A DNA stretch of 64,000 nt from a virus. Taxonomy: Duplodnaviria > Caudoviricetes. Below, piece after piece: positions 1 to 10,148 of the stretch (position 1 is the stretch's first letter; the number at the start of each line of letters is the position of its first letter). The translations under genes and the position numbers were made by a program. The notes under the pieces were generated by a model. That model ran no database searches. It saw nothing but the letters and a program-made list of their open reading frames with translations, and was not told the origin of the DNA. The DNA is taken from positions 205,599-269,598 of IMG/VR virus record IMGVR_UViG_3300023170_004399. One strand, written 5' to 3'.

Positions 1-1
1 A

Positions 2-850
2 ATGTTAGTTGAACCAACATCTGTAAATTGTGTAATCTATCATGCTAATTGCAATGATGGATTTGGAGCTGCATATTCAGCTTGGAAACTTTTAGGTAAT
101 CGTTGTGAATACATACCTTGTGTTCATGGTGAAACACCACCAGATGTAACTGGTAAAAAAGTAGCAATATTAGATTATTCTTTCAGTAACAAAGTTACTA
201 AAAAATTAATGAAACAAGCGGAGTCACTAATAGTAATAGATCATCACAAATCAAACATGGTTGAATTACATGATTTAACTAACACTATATTCGATTTAAA
301 TAAGTCTGGTGCCATGTTGGCTTGGGAGTTTTTTCATCCCGGGAAAGAACCTCCTAAATTTATACAGTACATAGAAGATAGAGATCTTTGGAAATGGGAG
401 CTGCCTTATTCTAAAGAATTCTCAGCAGCATTTGACATGGTACCATGGGACTTTGATGAATATGAAAAATTTGAAGATGACAGTGTTTTTGATGATGCTG
501 TTAAACGTGGTTCGTATATTTTAGCCTATAGTAAGACTGTTATTAAAAAGGTGTGCGACAAAGCTGTTAGAAGATCATATAAAGACATGGATGTAATGGT
601 TGTCAACAGTTCACACTGGATATCAGAAATAGGCGCTAATTTAGCTAAGGATTGTGACTTTGCTATGATATGGTATTATGATCACGATGAAAAAAATTAT
701 AGATGTTCGTTACGGGCTTTTCATGATACTGTCGACGTAAGTGAAATAGCAAAACAGTTTAACGGTGGCGGTCACAGGAAGGCAGCTGGTTTTACACTGC
801 CATTTACTAAACACCCAGATTGTATATTTAAAGGAAACAATGATAAGTAG
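2..850 (+). CDS. DHH/DHHA1 family phosphoesterase
   Basis: Motifs YHANCNDG, ILDYS, IDHH and C-terminal GGGHRKAAG. Confidence 0.9.
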   Translation: MLVEPTSVNCVIYHANCNDGFGAAYSAWKLLGNRCEYIPCVHGETPPDVTGKKVAILDYSFSNKVTKKLMKQAESLIVIDHHKSNMVELHDLTNTIFDLNKSGAMLAWEFFHPGKEPPKFIQYIEDRDLWKWELPYSKEFSAAFDMVPWDFDEYEKFEDDSVFDDAVKRGSYILAYSKTVIKKVCDKAVRRSYKDMDVMVVNSSHWISEIGANLAKDCDFAMIWYYDHDEKNYRCSLRAFHDTVDVSEIAKQFNGGGHRKAAGFTLPFTKHPDCIFKGNNDK

Positions 851-1268
851 ATATAAACAAAAATTAAATGTATTCGGTGAAATATGTAAATCAGTTGCGT
901 CACTATCGTACGACCCTAAATTTAAAGTAGGGACTGTAATTTTCACTGATGATTTTAGAGAAATATTAGCTATTGGTTATAATGGCAATTACAAAGGCGG
1001 GCCTAATAAACGTGACAGTAATGAGACAGGTAAAAGTGGTTTTTTACATAGCGAAGAAAATGCTTTGCTTCATTTGTCATACCCTTTCGCAAGTAGGGAT
1101 AAGTTGATATTAATGGTTACTTATAAACCTTGTCCTATGTGTGCTAAGCGAATAGTAAATGCTGGTATAAAAAAGGTAATTTATATAAATGATTATAATA
1201 AACTCGGGGATGAAACGGATGACATATTTAGTATAGGGAATGTTGTTTGTGAGAAACTCGGAGAATAA
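840..1268 (+). CDS. dCMP/cytidine deaminase family protein
   Basis: HSEENA and PCPMC zinc-deaminase motifs; start moved to ATG 840 after AAGGA. Confidence 0.88.
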   Translation: MISRYKQKLNVFGEICKSVASLSYDPKFKVGTVIFTDDFREILAIGYNGNYKGGPNKRDSNETGKSGFLHSEENALLHLSYPFASRDKLILMVTYKPCPMCAKRIVNAGIKKVIYINDYNKLGDETDDIFSIGNVVCEKLGE

Positions 1269-1269
1269 T

Positions 1270-2760
1270 ATGAGAAATCACATAAATGACTCGTTAGAGT
1301 CATTAACTTTTTTGTTAGATGAAACCATATTACTTTTGAATGATAGTATTCTGACAGAAGGTTTACTTGACGATGTTTATAAAAACATTGACATGAAAGA
1401 TACACAAAATATCATAGACGCTTTAAAATCATCTATAGAACCAGTTTTAGAAGCAATAGATGAAGCAAAAAAAGATTCACCAGTACCATTACGTGAGTTT
1501 CTATTTAGCGGCCGTTTGCGTGAAATACTGGGTGTTTTAGAAAATTTAAATAAAGAAGAAGAACAAACAAAAATAAAAATAGCATTATTGTTCTTAGCTG
1601 AGGTCAAAGACGCTCTGCAACTATTAAACATATTCATGGTAGGACTAGGTAGATATTATCAAAATTCAGACTTTTACAAAAACAGAGATTTTGAAACTAG
1701 TGGACCCGGCAATATGAAAGTTGGCGAAGCTAATTTAGTATACATGATAAAGTTAGATGATGCAGCCAAACAAAAGATTATGGCAGACGAAAATGCTAAA
1801 ACTATTCTTACTAAGTTAGTTGAAAATTATAACAAAATGTACCAAGATATTACAGCTGCTATTGGCAATGTTATTAACAATGGTGCATTGTCTAAGTTAG
1901 CAAAATACGAAAAATCTAGTTTTTTTGGCTTTATAAAATCTGATGTGAAGAATGATGATGCTGTTGAGCTGCTAAATGATTTAGAAGAAGAGTGTAAAAA
2001 ATTATTAGGTCCAATTGACAATCTTAAGAAAAAATTTAATGCAGACAAAATGGGGTTTGCGTTCTTGTTATCTCCAATAACTGTTGAGAACATGGCTTTG
2101 AAATTAAGAGGATCAGCGGAAAGCGTAGATAATGCCACAGCAAAAGCCGAAGATTTACACGATGATATGCAAGCTGCAGAAACTGAAATGAAAGAAAAAG
2201 AAGGGGAATCATTTGCCGATTTAAAATCTGAAGTTGGCGAATCATTTGTTGACAAGTTTTACAATTTTGCAAAAGGCATTGGTTTAGATGACGAAAAAAT
2301 CAAAAAAGCTTTTGTTGTATTAGCAGATAAAAAAGATCAGATTAAGTCATACTTAGGATTGAAAAAAGAATCTTTTACAAGGATGAATTTGAGCTTATTA
2401 TTTGAAGTTGATGAAAAATCTGAAAGCTTTATTAAATTTATAAATCAACTGTTGAAAGATTTAGGTGCAGAATATAAGGAAGACGACGTTAAAAAGTTTG
2501 TCTCTTCTCTAGATAGCGGTGTAGAAGACACTCAATCAAAACCAGCTATCAAATTAACACGAGGACAACACAGAGAGTTTATAAAAAACTTTATGCAACC
2601 ACCCGCGGGATCTGACAAGAAACATATGTTCCAGTACTTACAAAGTGTCAAATCAAAACCGGCAACAGATAAAAAAGTTGCAACTACTATAGGGAAACAT
2701 ATGAATAAAGCAATTAAGGCAACGGGTAAAGATAAATTTGCAATATTCCCTGAGGAATAA
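1270..2760 (+). CDS. Hypothetical helical protein, putative head-associated
   Basis: Long ORF, GGAG RBS; ILTE-G and LLFE-V candidate Glu cleavage motifs. Confidence 0.6.
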   Translation: MRNHINDSLESLTFLLDETILLLNDSILTEGLLDDVYKNIDMKDTQNIIDALKSSIEPVLEAIDEAKKDSPVPLREFLFSGRLREILGVLENLNKEEEQTKIKIALLFLAEVKDALQLLNIFMVGLGRYYQNSDFYKNRDFETSGPGNMKVGEANLVYMIKLDDAAKQKIMADENAKTILTKLVENYNKMYQDITAAIGNVINNGALSKLAKYEKSSFFGFIKSDVKNDDAVELLNDLEEECKKLLGPIDNLKKKFNADKMGFAFLLSPITVENMALKLRGSAESVDNATAKAEDLHDDMQAAETEMKEKEGESFADLKSEVGESFVDKFYNFAKGIGLDDEKIKKAFVVLADKKDQIKSYLGLKKESFTRMNLSLLFEVDEKSESFIKFINQLLKDLGAEYKEDDVKKFVSSLDSGVEDTQSKPAIKLTRGQHREFIKNFMQPPAGSDKKHMFQYLQSVKSKPATDKKVATTIGKHMNKAIKATGKDKFAIFPEE

Positions 2761-2820
2761 CTGTTTTTAATTAAAAATAACATATTTATATAAAAAATAT
2801 ATTTTTTATTGGAGAGCACA

Positions 2821-5800
2821 ATGGCGGTAATGTTAACTGAAAGTTATAAAAAACGATTAGCTAGAAAATATAATGATAAAAATTTTCGAACAAAGAATAT
2901 TAGAGTTTTAGTAGAAGCAGTTGATAGGACTAAAACAGAATATAATTATATATATGATGCATATGATTTGACTAAGAAACAAAGAGTTTGTTTAAAGTTA
3001 ATGTCTGAAATGTACAATGTGCCGCCAAATCAGCTGATTTTACAAGAAGATATATATAAAAAATTGTCTAGCTTTTGGCGCAAGTTAACAGGATCAATGC
3101 CGCAAGATGCTGCACTTGATGTTTCAGCTGATAAATCACCTCTTCATAATAAATTAATTGCACAAGCTGCAAAAGAACAACTTGATGGTAGCAATTTTAT
3201 TAAACGCGCTAAGCGTGGTTGGGCAGCTGGTAAAAGATCAGATAAACGTGGAGAAGGTTTTTGGGGTGGTTATGGTGTTGGCTCGAAATTTAGATCAGCA
3301 GTTGCTGACATGTCTTCAAATTTTCAGTTTGGTGTACATGGCGGCGTTGACAACGAAAAACTTGATGCAATACGTGGGGAATTTGCTGGATTGGTTGATG
3401 ATTTTGAAGCAACTGGTAAGGCAGCTGCAAAGGATTTAGTTGCTAAAATACACAAAGCAGCTGAGGAGAGCAATTTTCCAAATAATCCAAGCGCAGAAGA
3501 GTTTTGTAAAATTTTATTCGGCCATTCCCATATTGACGATTTGGAAGGTGATAACACTGAGGCTGGTGGAATATTAGGTGCAATATTTGCTTTTAGAGAA
3601 GATTTACAAGAATTAGTAAATAAACAATCTATGCCCGTTGATGTTGCGAATGCATTGCTAGATCAGCTGAGGAGAATATTAAAGAATTATGCCGGGCAAG
3701 TAAAAGACAGTTATGCCAGTAGACTTATAAAAACATCAGAAGGCGTGTTTGGTCGAGATGATTTGCTTTATAACGACAAGTACAATTTAAAGCAAAGGCT
3801 TCTTGAAGCAAATGAAGATAATGAAGATCAAGAAGGTGGCGAAGAAATCGATGAAGAACAAGCAAAATTAATTAAAGATTCTGAACGTTTCTTCAAGACT
3901 AAACAAAAGCAGAGTCGGCAAAAAAGTAAACAACTTGCTAACAAAATAGATATAACTTTAAATGGTGGAAAATATGCTGAAAAAGAAGAGAATTTTCCGG
4001 ATAAGTTAATTGTTAAATATAAAGACAAAGATGGTAAAGAAGTAGAAAAAGTTTATCAAACTAGTGAGGTCCTTTCCGGGACAAAGACAAACACCAAAGC
4101 TGACTTAAATAAACCTAATGCATCCATGGGTCAGAAATTCACGGCTTTGTTTAAAAAGTTTATGAAAAATAAGAAAGCGCAAAAGATTATCAAGCCGGCA
4201 GTTATTGACCAAGCTATTAAGACAAATCCGGAATATAAAAAATTGTTACAAAGAAAAGATTTGCAAGGTAAATCTTTAACAGATGAAGCTTATGAGAAAA
4301 TCATGGCTGATATCAAAAAAAATGAAAGTGTTTTAGGACCTTTGATTTTTGCATTAGTAGGTACAATTGGCATGGCTATGGGTGCATATGCTGGTGGAAG
4401 TGTTTTAGGTAATTTCGCTGCAGACACAAATGTTCAAAACTGGATAGCATCTTTACCTGGTACCAATGTAATGCAAACAGCTTCTTTTTTAGCAGATGCA
4501 AGTTTGCCTATTTCTACAACAGGACACTGTTTTACCGGTGTTCTTTATGACATTGGTCCCACATACGGCACGACTTTCGATGTAGCAAATCATACATCAA
4601 CTCTGAAAGATGCAAAAGCTGTATTGATACAGGCTTTTGGAGATGGAACCACTCTAACACACGCTCAACTACAAGCAGGTATGCCAAGTCTAAACGTTTC
4701 CCAGGCTTCTTTCGACGCTATGATGGATCCTGCTAATTCAACTCAAGCAATAGGCGATTTTTTCCACAGAAGTGGTACATTTAATGGTATTCTTCCAGGT
4801 TCGGAGTTTTATTTAGGTGCTTCGAAGGTTTTTGTAAAGCAATTGGTAATGATGGGTGGAAGATACTATGTTGCCAACACATTTTATGCTATGGGTGCCA
4901 GTGCTATGGGGGGAACATCATTAGCTGGCGCAGTTTCGGGTGTTGGTGGCATGACTGTAATTGCAACTGGTGGTACTGCAATAGCTGCAGCTGCATTAGC
5001 TATCGTAGCGTTTAGAAAATTAGGCACTAAAAGAAATAGAAGAAATATGATTATGTCATTAGTCGACTTGATCAAACCTATAGAGGGTGCTAGTAAACCA
5101 ATCGACCCGGATATAGAAAGAATTTCCCCTGTTGACACGCCACCGGTGGTAAATCCAACAAAAGACCCTAACTTAAAAGCATCATTTGATTTAGTAGTAA
5201 GATTTTTAAAGAAGAAAGGATATAATCCAAAAGACGCTTTAAAATTAATGCAAGCATTGTACAACCCAAAAACAAAATTAGGCAGAAAGAGTTTCAAAGA
5301 TTTTTATGATGAATCAGAGTCACAACAAAATCTTCGAGCGCATTATTCACGCACTGGAAAATACTCGCTTTTGGCTGTGTTATCAGAAGATATATCATAT
5401 AAAAGATATGCGAAAAGAATGAAGCGTGCTGCGAAAAAAGCAAAAGTACCTTTTTTAAATGATGAGCAGTTAAGAGCAGCTGCTATTGCTATTAACAATG
5501 CATATATTATTGGTGATATTGACGAGACAACATTTCCTAAAGATATAATGGAAAAAGTAATTGAAGTTGAATCTGAAGAGCTAAAGAAAAAATATGAAGA
5601 TGCTTTGAAAGAAAACGAAGAATTAGATAGAATAATGAAAAATGCTGTTGAAAGTGCTGCTGCAGAAATAGGTGTGCAAGCAGAAACAATCCAACAGTTG
5701 AAAGCTAAATTAGATGCTGCAATTAAAAAAGGTAATTTGAGTGAGAGTCAACTTCAAATGGCGATAAGAACAATTCAGGGTTTAGAACAACAAGTAGCAG

Positions 5801-6681
5801 CTTTACAAAAAAATGTTGATGAAGACATTGCTTATCTTTATGGTGAAATGTATGTAATGCATGAAATTTTAAAGAAAATAATGAATAATCCAGAGCTTAA
5901 AATTGATGACAATGAAGAAAAGAAAATGTCTGATATGTATGAAAAGTTAATTGCAAGATTAGATTTAGAAGGCAGCGCTGAATATACTAAATTTTTAGAA
6001 AACGGCACCAGTATTGGGCAGTTAAATAGCATATTCGCGAAAATAGATGAAACACCAAATGATTTTCTAGAAGATGTAATGAATTTGACATCATACCTTA
6101 ATGAGCTACATGCAAAATATATGGCTGCAAAATCATCTGAAAAGAAATACGAAGGTGATTTAGGTAATCTTCATACTTTATATTTAGCGCTATCGGGTGT
6201 TAGTAAAATTTTAGACAATGAGGGTAACGTAACTGCAGATGTAGAACAGGCTCGATCGACAGGTAACATAGCAGGTGCTCTTGATGCGGCTACAAACACA
6301 AAAGCTTTAGATAAATACAATAGAATAAGAAAGACTTTTAAAAGAAAAGGTTTTGATGTACCAGCTGATGAAAGGGCTGATATGATAAAAGATTTTAGTG
6401 ATGAAATGTCAAAAGGTTTTGATGCTGTTGGGGCAGCTGTAGAAAAAGGTGGTAATGTACGGGATGACGGTGCTGAAGCAGCATATTTTAAAAACAAGAA
6501 GAGAAAATATCCGCATGCACCATTCCCTGCAGATAGTGCTTTAGAAAAGAAGTTTGCTAAACAAGCTGAACGTCGAAGAAAAGATAGAGAAAGAAAAAGG
6601 AAAAAGCGACTACAAGCATGGAAAACAAATGATGGTAACTTGCTTATAGAAAGATGGCAAAAATTAGCTGGTTTAAAATAG
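2821..6681 (+). CDS. Large putative virion/ejection protein with hydrophobic Gly/Ala segments and coiled coil
   Basis: ~1286 aa, GGAGAG RBS; several L-x-E motifs, two hydrophobic stretches, C-terminal ERWQKLAGL. Confidence 0.65.
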   Translation: MAVMLTESYKKRLARKYNDKNFRTKNIRVLVEAVDRTKTEYNYIYDAYDLTKKQRVCLKLMSEMYNVPPNQLILQEDIYKKLSSFWRKLTGSMPQDAALDVSADKSPLHNKLIAQAAKEQLDGSNFIKRAKRGWAAGKRSDKRGEGFWGGYGVGSKFRSAVADMSSNFQFGVHGGVDNEKLDAIRGEFAGLVDDFEATGKAAAKDLVAKIHKAAEESNFPNNPSAEEFCKILFGHSHIDDLEGDNTEAGGILGAIFAFREDLQELVNKQSMPVDVANALLDQLRRILKNYAGQVKDSYASRLIKTSEGVFGRDDLLYNDKYNLKQRLLEANEDNEDQEGGEEIDEEQAKLIKDSERFFKTKQKQSRQKSKQLANKIDITLNGGKYAEKEENFPDKLIVKYKDKDGKEVEKVYQTSEVLSGTKTNTKADLNKPNASMGQKFTALFKKFMKNKKAQKIIKPAVIDQAIKTNPEYKKLLQRKDLQGKSLTDEAYEKIMADIKKNESVLGPLIFALVGTIGMAMGAYAGGSVLGNFAADTNVQNWIASLPGTNVMQTASFLADASLPISTTGHCFTGVLYDIGPTYGTTFDVANHTSTLKDAKAVLIQAFGDGTTLTHAQLQAGMPSLNVSQASFDAMMDPANSTQAIGDFFHRSGTFNGILPGSEFYLGASKVFVKQLVMMGGRYYVANTFYAMGASAMGGTSLAGAVSGVGGMTVIATGGTAIAAAALAIVAFRKLGTKRNRRNMIMSLVDLIKPIEGASKPIDPDIERISPVDTPPVVNPTKDPNLKASFDLVVRFLKKKGYNPKDALKLMQALYNPKTKLGRKSFKDFYDESESQQNLRAHYSRTGKYSLLAVLSEDISYKRYAKRMKRAAKKAKVPFLNDEQLRAAAIAINNAYIIGDIDETTFPKDIMEKVIEVESEELKKKYEDALKENEELDRIMKNAVESAAAEIGVQAETIQQLKAKLDAAIKKGNLSESQLQMAIRTIQGLEQQVAALQKNVDEDIAYLYGEMYVMHEILKKIMNNPELKIDDNEEKKMSDMYEKLIARLDLEGSAEYTKFLENGTSIGQLNSIFAKIDETPNDFLEDVMNLTSYLNELHAKYMAAKSSEKKYEGDLGNLHTLYLALSGVSKILDNEGNVTADVEQARSTGNIAGALDAATNTKALDKYNRIRKTFKRKGFDVPADERADMIKDFSDEMSKGFDAVGAAVEKGGNVRDDGAEAAYFKNKKRKYPHAPFPADSALEKKFAKQAERRRKDRERKRKKRLQAWKTNDGNLLIERWQKLAGLK
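6651..6672 (+). repeat. 22-nt repeat encoding RWQKLAG, copy 1
   Basis: AAGATGGCAAAAATTAGCTGGT identical to 13265-13286. Confidence 0.85.
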
Positions 6682-6688
6682 GTGATAT

Positions 6689-7135
6689 ATGAAAAGATTA
6701 AACGAAAGAAAGCTTTTACGTATAATAAAGCAAAAGTATAAGCAAAGATTAGCGGATCGTTTAATTGAAGCTAATCTTTCAGAAATGGATATTGCAGATA
6801 AGCGTGGAAATGTGTTGTTATCGCGTGGTTTAAAAGTCAGACATAAAAAAAGCGGGTATGTGTATACAGTAGACAGTGTTGAAGGCACCGGCGAAAATAC
6901 CAAAGTAGTTTTAAGGCACCCAGATGAACCAAGAGTTGACCCTGGGGATTCTGTTGATAGTTTACACGAGGATGATGGTTTAGGTTTTGATATTAATGAT
7001 TTGAACATGGACAGAATAGCAAATAGACCAGTTGATCCTACAAAGGCCGGATTTGCAAAAAGTAAAATGCAAAAGTCACATGACACAATAACAGTAAGTA
7101 AGAAAACTTTTGAAGAAGAATACGAATTAGCATAG
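6689..7135 (+). CDS. Hypothetical protein with SH3-like segment and leader motif
   Basis: RLIE-A leader; GLKVRHKKSGYVYTVDSV beta-barrel pattern. Confidence 0.55.
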   Translation: MKRLNERKLLRIIKQKYKQRLADRLIEANLSEMDIADKRGNVLLSRGLKVRHKKSGYVYTVDSVEGTGENTKVVLRHPDEPRVDPGDSVDSLHEDDGLGFDINDLNMDRIANRPVDPTKAGFAKSKMQKSHDTITVSKKTFEEEYELA

Positions 7136-7142
7136 GTGTAAA

Positions 7143-7850
7143 ATGGATGATTTAATTAAAAAAGCTGTAGAACAAAGTTTAAAAAGAAGTAAATACATTA
7201 AGAAGCATGCTGATATTAAATCTAGCGTTACTTTAAATGAAGCTTATGTTGTGCAAGCAAAAAAATATGATTTAGCTACAGATTTACTTTCTGGTAAAAA
7301 CAAACAAGCCCACAACCAGTTGTTAGCTAAGTACGTTGAAGATTTAAATGCTGTTTCAGCTAAGTTAGATGCTGCTGATAGAGATGATGCGAATTTAAAC
7401 CACAGTGAATTTAGATCATTAAAAATAGATGAAGTATACAATTTAAATGCTGCATTTTTGCATGGCATGTTTTTTGAAAATATATCAGATATGCAATCTG
7501 TAATCACTATGGATAGTTTGGCATATATGCGATTGTCTCGTGATTTTGGTACGTTTGATGATTGGCAAAAAGATTTTGTAGCATGTGCTATGTCTGCTCG
7601 TAATGGTTGGGCAGTAACAGTTTACAACACATTCCTTAAAAGATATATTAATGTTGTTGTAGATTTGCATTCTTTGAATATACCATTTGGTTCAATACCA
7701 GTTATTGTTATGGATTGTTGGGAACATAGTTACTATAGAGATTATTTAAAAGATAGAAAAACATATGTTTTTGCAATGATGAAAGAATTAAATTGGAATA
7801 CTATTGAAGACCGGTTTAAAAAAGCTGACAAAATATCAAAGGTTGGGTAA
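7143..7850 (+). CDS. Fe/Mn superoxide dismutase (ChrC-like) with N-terminal extension
   Basis: Four metal ligands: QAHNQ, FLHGM, MDCWEHSYY; DFGTFDDW and NGWA; 33-aa extension ending TLNE. Confidence 0.85.
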   Translation: MDDLIKKAVEQSLKRSKYIKKHADIKSSVTLNEAYVVQAKKYDLATDLLSGKNKQAHNQLLAKYVEDLNAVSAKLDAADRDDANLNHSEFRSLKIDEVYNLNAAFLHGMFFENISDMQSVITMDSLAYMRLSRDFGTFDDWQKDFVACAMSARNGWAVTVYNTFLKRYINVVVDLHSLNIPFGSIPVIVMDCWEHSYYRDYLKDRKTYVFAMMKELNWNTIEDRFKKADKISKVG

Positions 7851-7851
7851 G

Positions 7852-8655
7852 ATGAAAAGAAGACTTATGGAATTAGCAGGGATTATACATAGATCTGAAC
7901 CAATAAAGGGTAGACGTCTCCTAAGGGAAGAACCTGAAGATGATGCCGGCGACGCTGGTGGAGATGACGCAGGAGGTGGAGGTGCTGAAGGTGGCGATAG
8001 TGATAGTGGTGCTGATAGTCTTTTTGGTGATGAACCAGATGATGGAGGATTAGGTGATGATTCTGGTGCTGAGGGTGGAGAATCTGGAGATGCAGCATCG
8101 GGTGGAGAAGAAAAACCAGATGAACCGGAAGAGAAAGAGCCTGAGTTATCACCTGGTGATAAACAAAGATTTGGTGAAACAGTTGTCGGTGATGTAATAT
8201 ACACCAATATACAAGGTTCATTTCATAAAGCTGTAAAATCTCGGGAGGTAGGTGAAAGATATCACAGGGGTAAACCCGGGGAAACTTATGTAAAAACAGA
8301 ATCATTACATAGGTATAGTTTAAGTGAATTATTGTTCGAAAAGAAAGACAAAGAAGAAGAAAAGCCAACGCGTGTTGATTTAGCAAATTTTGATATGCAG
8401 ACTTATGCAAATGAGATAGCTCATAAAATAAAATATTACACAACACAGTTTGATTGGCAGGGTATGATTTTAAACATATCTAAGCAGTTTTTATTAAACA
8501 ATATTCATGAAAAAGAAGCACAGCAGGCTGTACAAGAGTTTGAAGAATTGTTAGCTAGAGTTGAAGGTCTCGATGATTTAATTGATGATTACGATGATCC
8601 AGAACCGATACACACTGCAGTTGGCGCCGTTGGTGGCGGAGGTGGGGGTGTTTAG
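7852..8655 (+). CDS. Acidic Gly/Asp-rich protein, putative head/scaffold-associated
   Basis: N-terminal RRLMELAGI and LLRE, long D/G/E linker, YSLSELLFE. Confidence 0.6.
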   Translation: MKRRLMELAGIIHRSEPIKGRRLLREEPEDDAGDAGGDDAGGGGAEGGDSDSGADSLFGDEPDDGGLGDDSGAEGGESGDAASGGEEKPDEPEEKEPELSPGDKQRFGETVVGDVIYTNIQGSFHKAVKSREVGERYHRGKPGETYVKTESLHRYSLSELLFEKKDKEEEKPTRVDLANFDMQTYANEIAHKIKYYTTQFDWQGMILNISKQFLLNNIHEKEAQQAVQEFEELLARVEGLDDLIDDYDDPEPIHTAVGAVGGGGGGV

Positions 8656-8924
8656 TGTCCAAAAGTAAAAGATATGATTTTACTAACAGGAAATCAATTC
8701 ATTTTCACATGACCAAAGATATACACAAAGAATTTAAAAAGAGGTTGTTTGATGATGAAATTACTATGCAAGAGTTTTTTGAAGAGTGCGCTATTAGGAT
8801 TGTTGAAGACGATGCCTACATGGTTAAACTTATTGAGCGACTTAAGCAAAAAAGGATTGAAAAAGAAAAAAGAATATATTCCGTCGAAGCTGATTCAATA
8901 TACGATGCAATCGAAAAAGAGTGA
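8655..8924 (+). CDS. Ribbon-helix-helix-like DNA-binding protein
   Basis: KSIHFHMTKDIHKEFK...ITMQEFFEECA pattern; GTG start overlapping previous stop. Confidence 0.5.
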   Translation: MSKSKRYDFTNRKSIHFHMTKDIHKEFKKRLFDDEITMQEFFEECAIRIVEDDAYMVKLIERLKQKRIEKEKRIYSVEADSIYDAIEKE

Positions 8925-9147
8925 TTTAGAAGAAGTACTCTCGAAAAAAACTCTTACTGACATGTCAAAAATAAAAATGACTCAGTCTAGCTTGTTGGTG
9001 TCAACAAAAGAAATTGCTAAAACACAAAATATGTTATTAACATATATACAAGATTTAGGCTATGAATTAGACGATTTAAAAATAGCTACTGGAATTTCCC
9101 GAAAAAAGAATATTTATTTCTATAAAACATCTGATAAAGGACACTAA
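8905..9147 (+). CDS. Hypothetical protein (start uncertain)
   Basis: Fills gap in a same-strand gene run. Confidence 0.45.
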   Translation: MQSKKSDLEEVLSKKTLTDMSKIKMTQSSLLVSTKEIAKTQNMLLTYIQDLGYELDDLKIATGISRKKNIYFYKTSDKGH

Positions 9148-9160
9148 TGGGAGAAATCAT

Positions 9161-9436
9161 GTGGCTACTAAAGAAGAAGTAAAAGATGCTATCAAATCAG
9201 CATTAAACGTTGAGCTTTCTGCGGAACAAAAAAAGGCCTTATACTTAAATAATAAGAAAAAAGGTATGTTAGACACTGTTCAAGAGAAAATTATATCAAG
9301 AAAATTATTAGTTTTTACTGTTGCAACAGCTTTAATGTGGTATGGTTTAGATTCAGACACGTGGGGTATGATTGCAATGACATATATTGGTGGTCAAACT
9401 GCTATCGATTTTGCTAAAGTTTGGCGTGGTGCTTAA
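9161..9436 (+). CDS. Putative holin
   Basis: ISRKLLV followed by two TM helices and YIGGQTAIDF; GGAG RBS. Confidence 0.6.
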   Translation: MATKEEVKDAIKSALNVELSAEQKKALYLNNKKKGMLDTVQEKIISRKLLVFTVATALMWYGLDSDTWGMIAMTYIGGQTAIDFAKVWRGA

Positions 9437-9753
9437 TGTTGTTAAAAATTAAAGAATATTGGCAGTGGCTTGTTGGTGCTATACTAGTTTTAGCTGCTTA
9501 CACGTTAGGTAAAAAACAAACTGGCATAAATTCTGATGATTTAGAAGACATGTTAGAAAACAGCGAAAATGAAAAGCAGAAGTTGATGAAAATTCAGAAA
9601 GATCACTTAAAAAATAAAAAAATTATTGAAGCTGATAATAAAAGACAGGTTATTGAGTTAGAAGAATGGAAAAAATCTGAGGAAGCACGTATTGAAGAAA
9701 AGAAAAAAGATTCAGATGATGTTTTCGCAGAGTTGGGTATTAAAAAGAAATGA
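9436..9753 (+). CDS. Putative inner-membrane spanin-like protein
   Basis: N-terminal TM (WQWLVGAILVLAAYTLG) then charged coiled coil; TAATG overlap with holin. Confidence 0.5.
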   Translation: MLLKIKEYWQWLVGAILVLAAYTLGKKQTGINSDDLEDMLENSENEKQKLMKIQKDHLKNKKIIEADNKRQVIELEEWKKSEEARIEEKKKDSDDVFAELGIKKK

Positions 9754-10148
9754 TTATATTGTTAACTAAGTTAGTTTTTGCGCAAACACCAGAATACACA
9801 TACATTGAGACTGGTGAACCAGCACCATTTTCTGGTCGTTTATTCAATGATGCTGCTAGCGAGCTGCTAAGTGAAACTATTGACGTTGGCTTGGAAAAAT
9901 GTAAATTAAATACTGAGTATGAGATTAAAAAACTGCAAATAGAGCATAATAAAGAGTTACAGAATTTAAAAAATGATTATAATATGGTCATTAAACAAAA
10001 AGATGCCAAAATACAAAAACTTAATAAGGATATAGAGATTCTTAATGATGTAAAAACACCACCTAAGCCTAAATTTTGGTTTTCATTAGGTGCTGGCACA
10101 ACTGCCGTTGTTTTTGGTACGTTAGCCTATCTCATTGGAGCTAATTGA
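9750..10148 (+). CDS. Putative spanin-like membrane protein
   Basis: Signal-like N-terminus, GEPAPFSG, coiled coil, C-terminal TM; adjacent to holin. Confidence 0.45.
   Translation: MIILLTKLVFAQTPEYTYIETGEPAPFSGRLFNDAASELLSETIDVGLEKCKLNTEYEIKKLQIEHNKELQNLKNDYNMVIKQKDAKIQKLNKDIEILNDVKTPPKPKFWFSLGAGTTAVVFGTLAYLIGAN

Noticed and set aside
7930-8140. GGT/GAT-rich stretch as a tandem repeat or collagen-like region
   Set aside because: Irregular Gly/Asp low complexity with no fixed period and no Gly-X-Y register.
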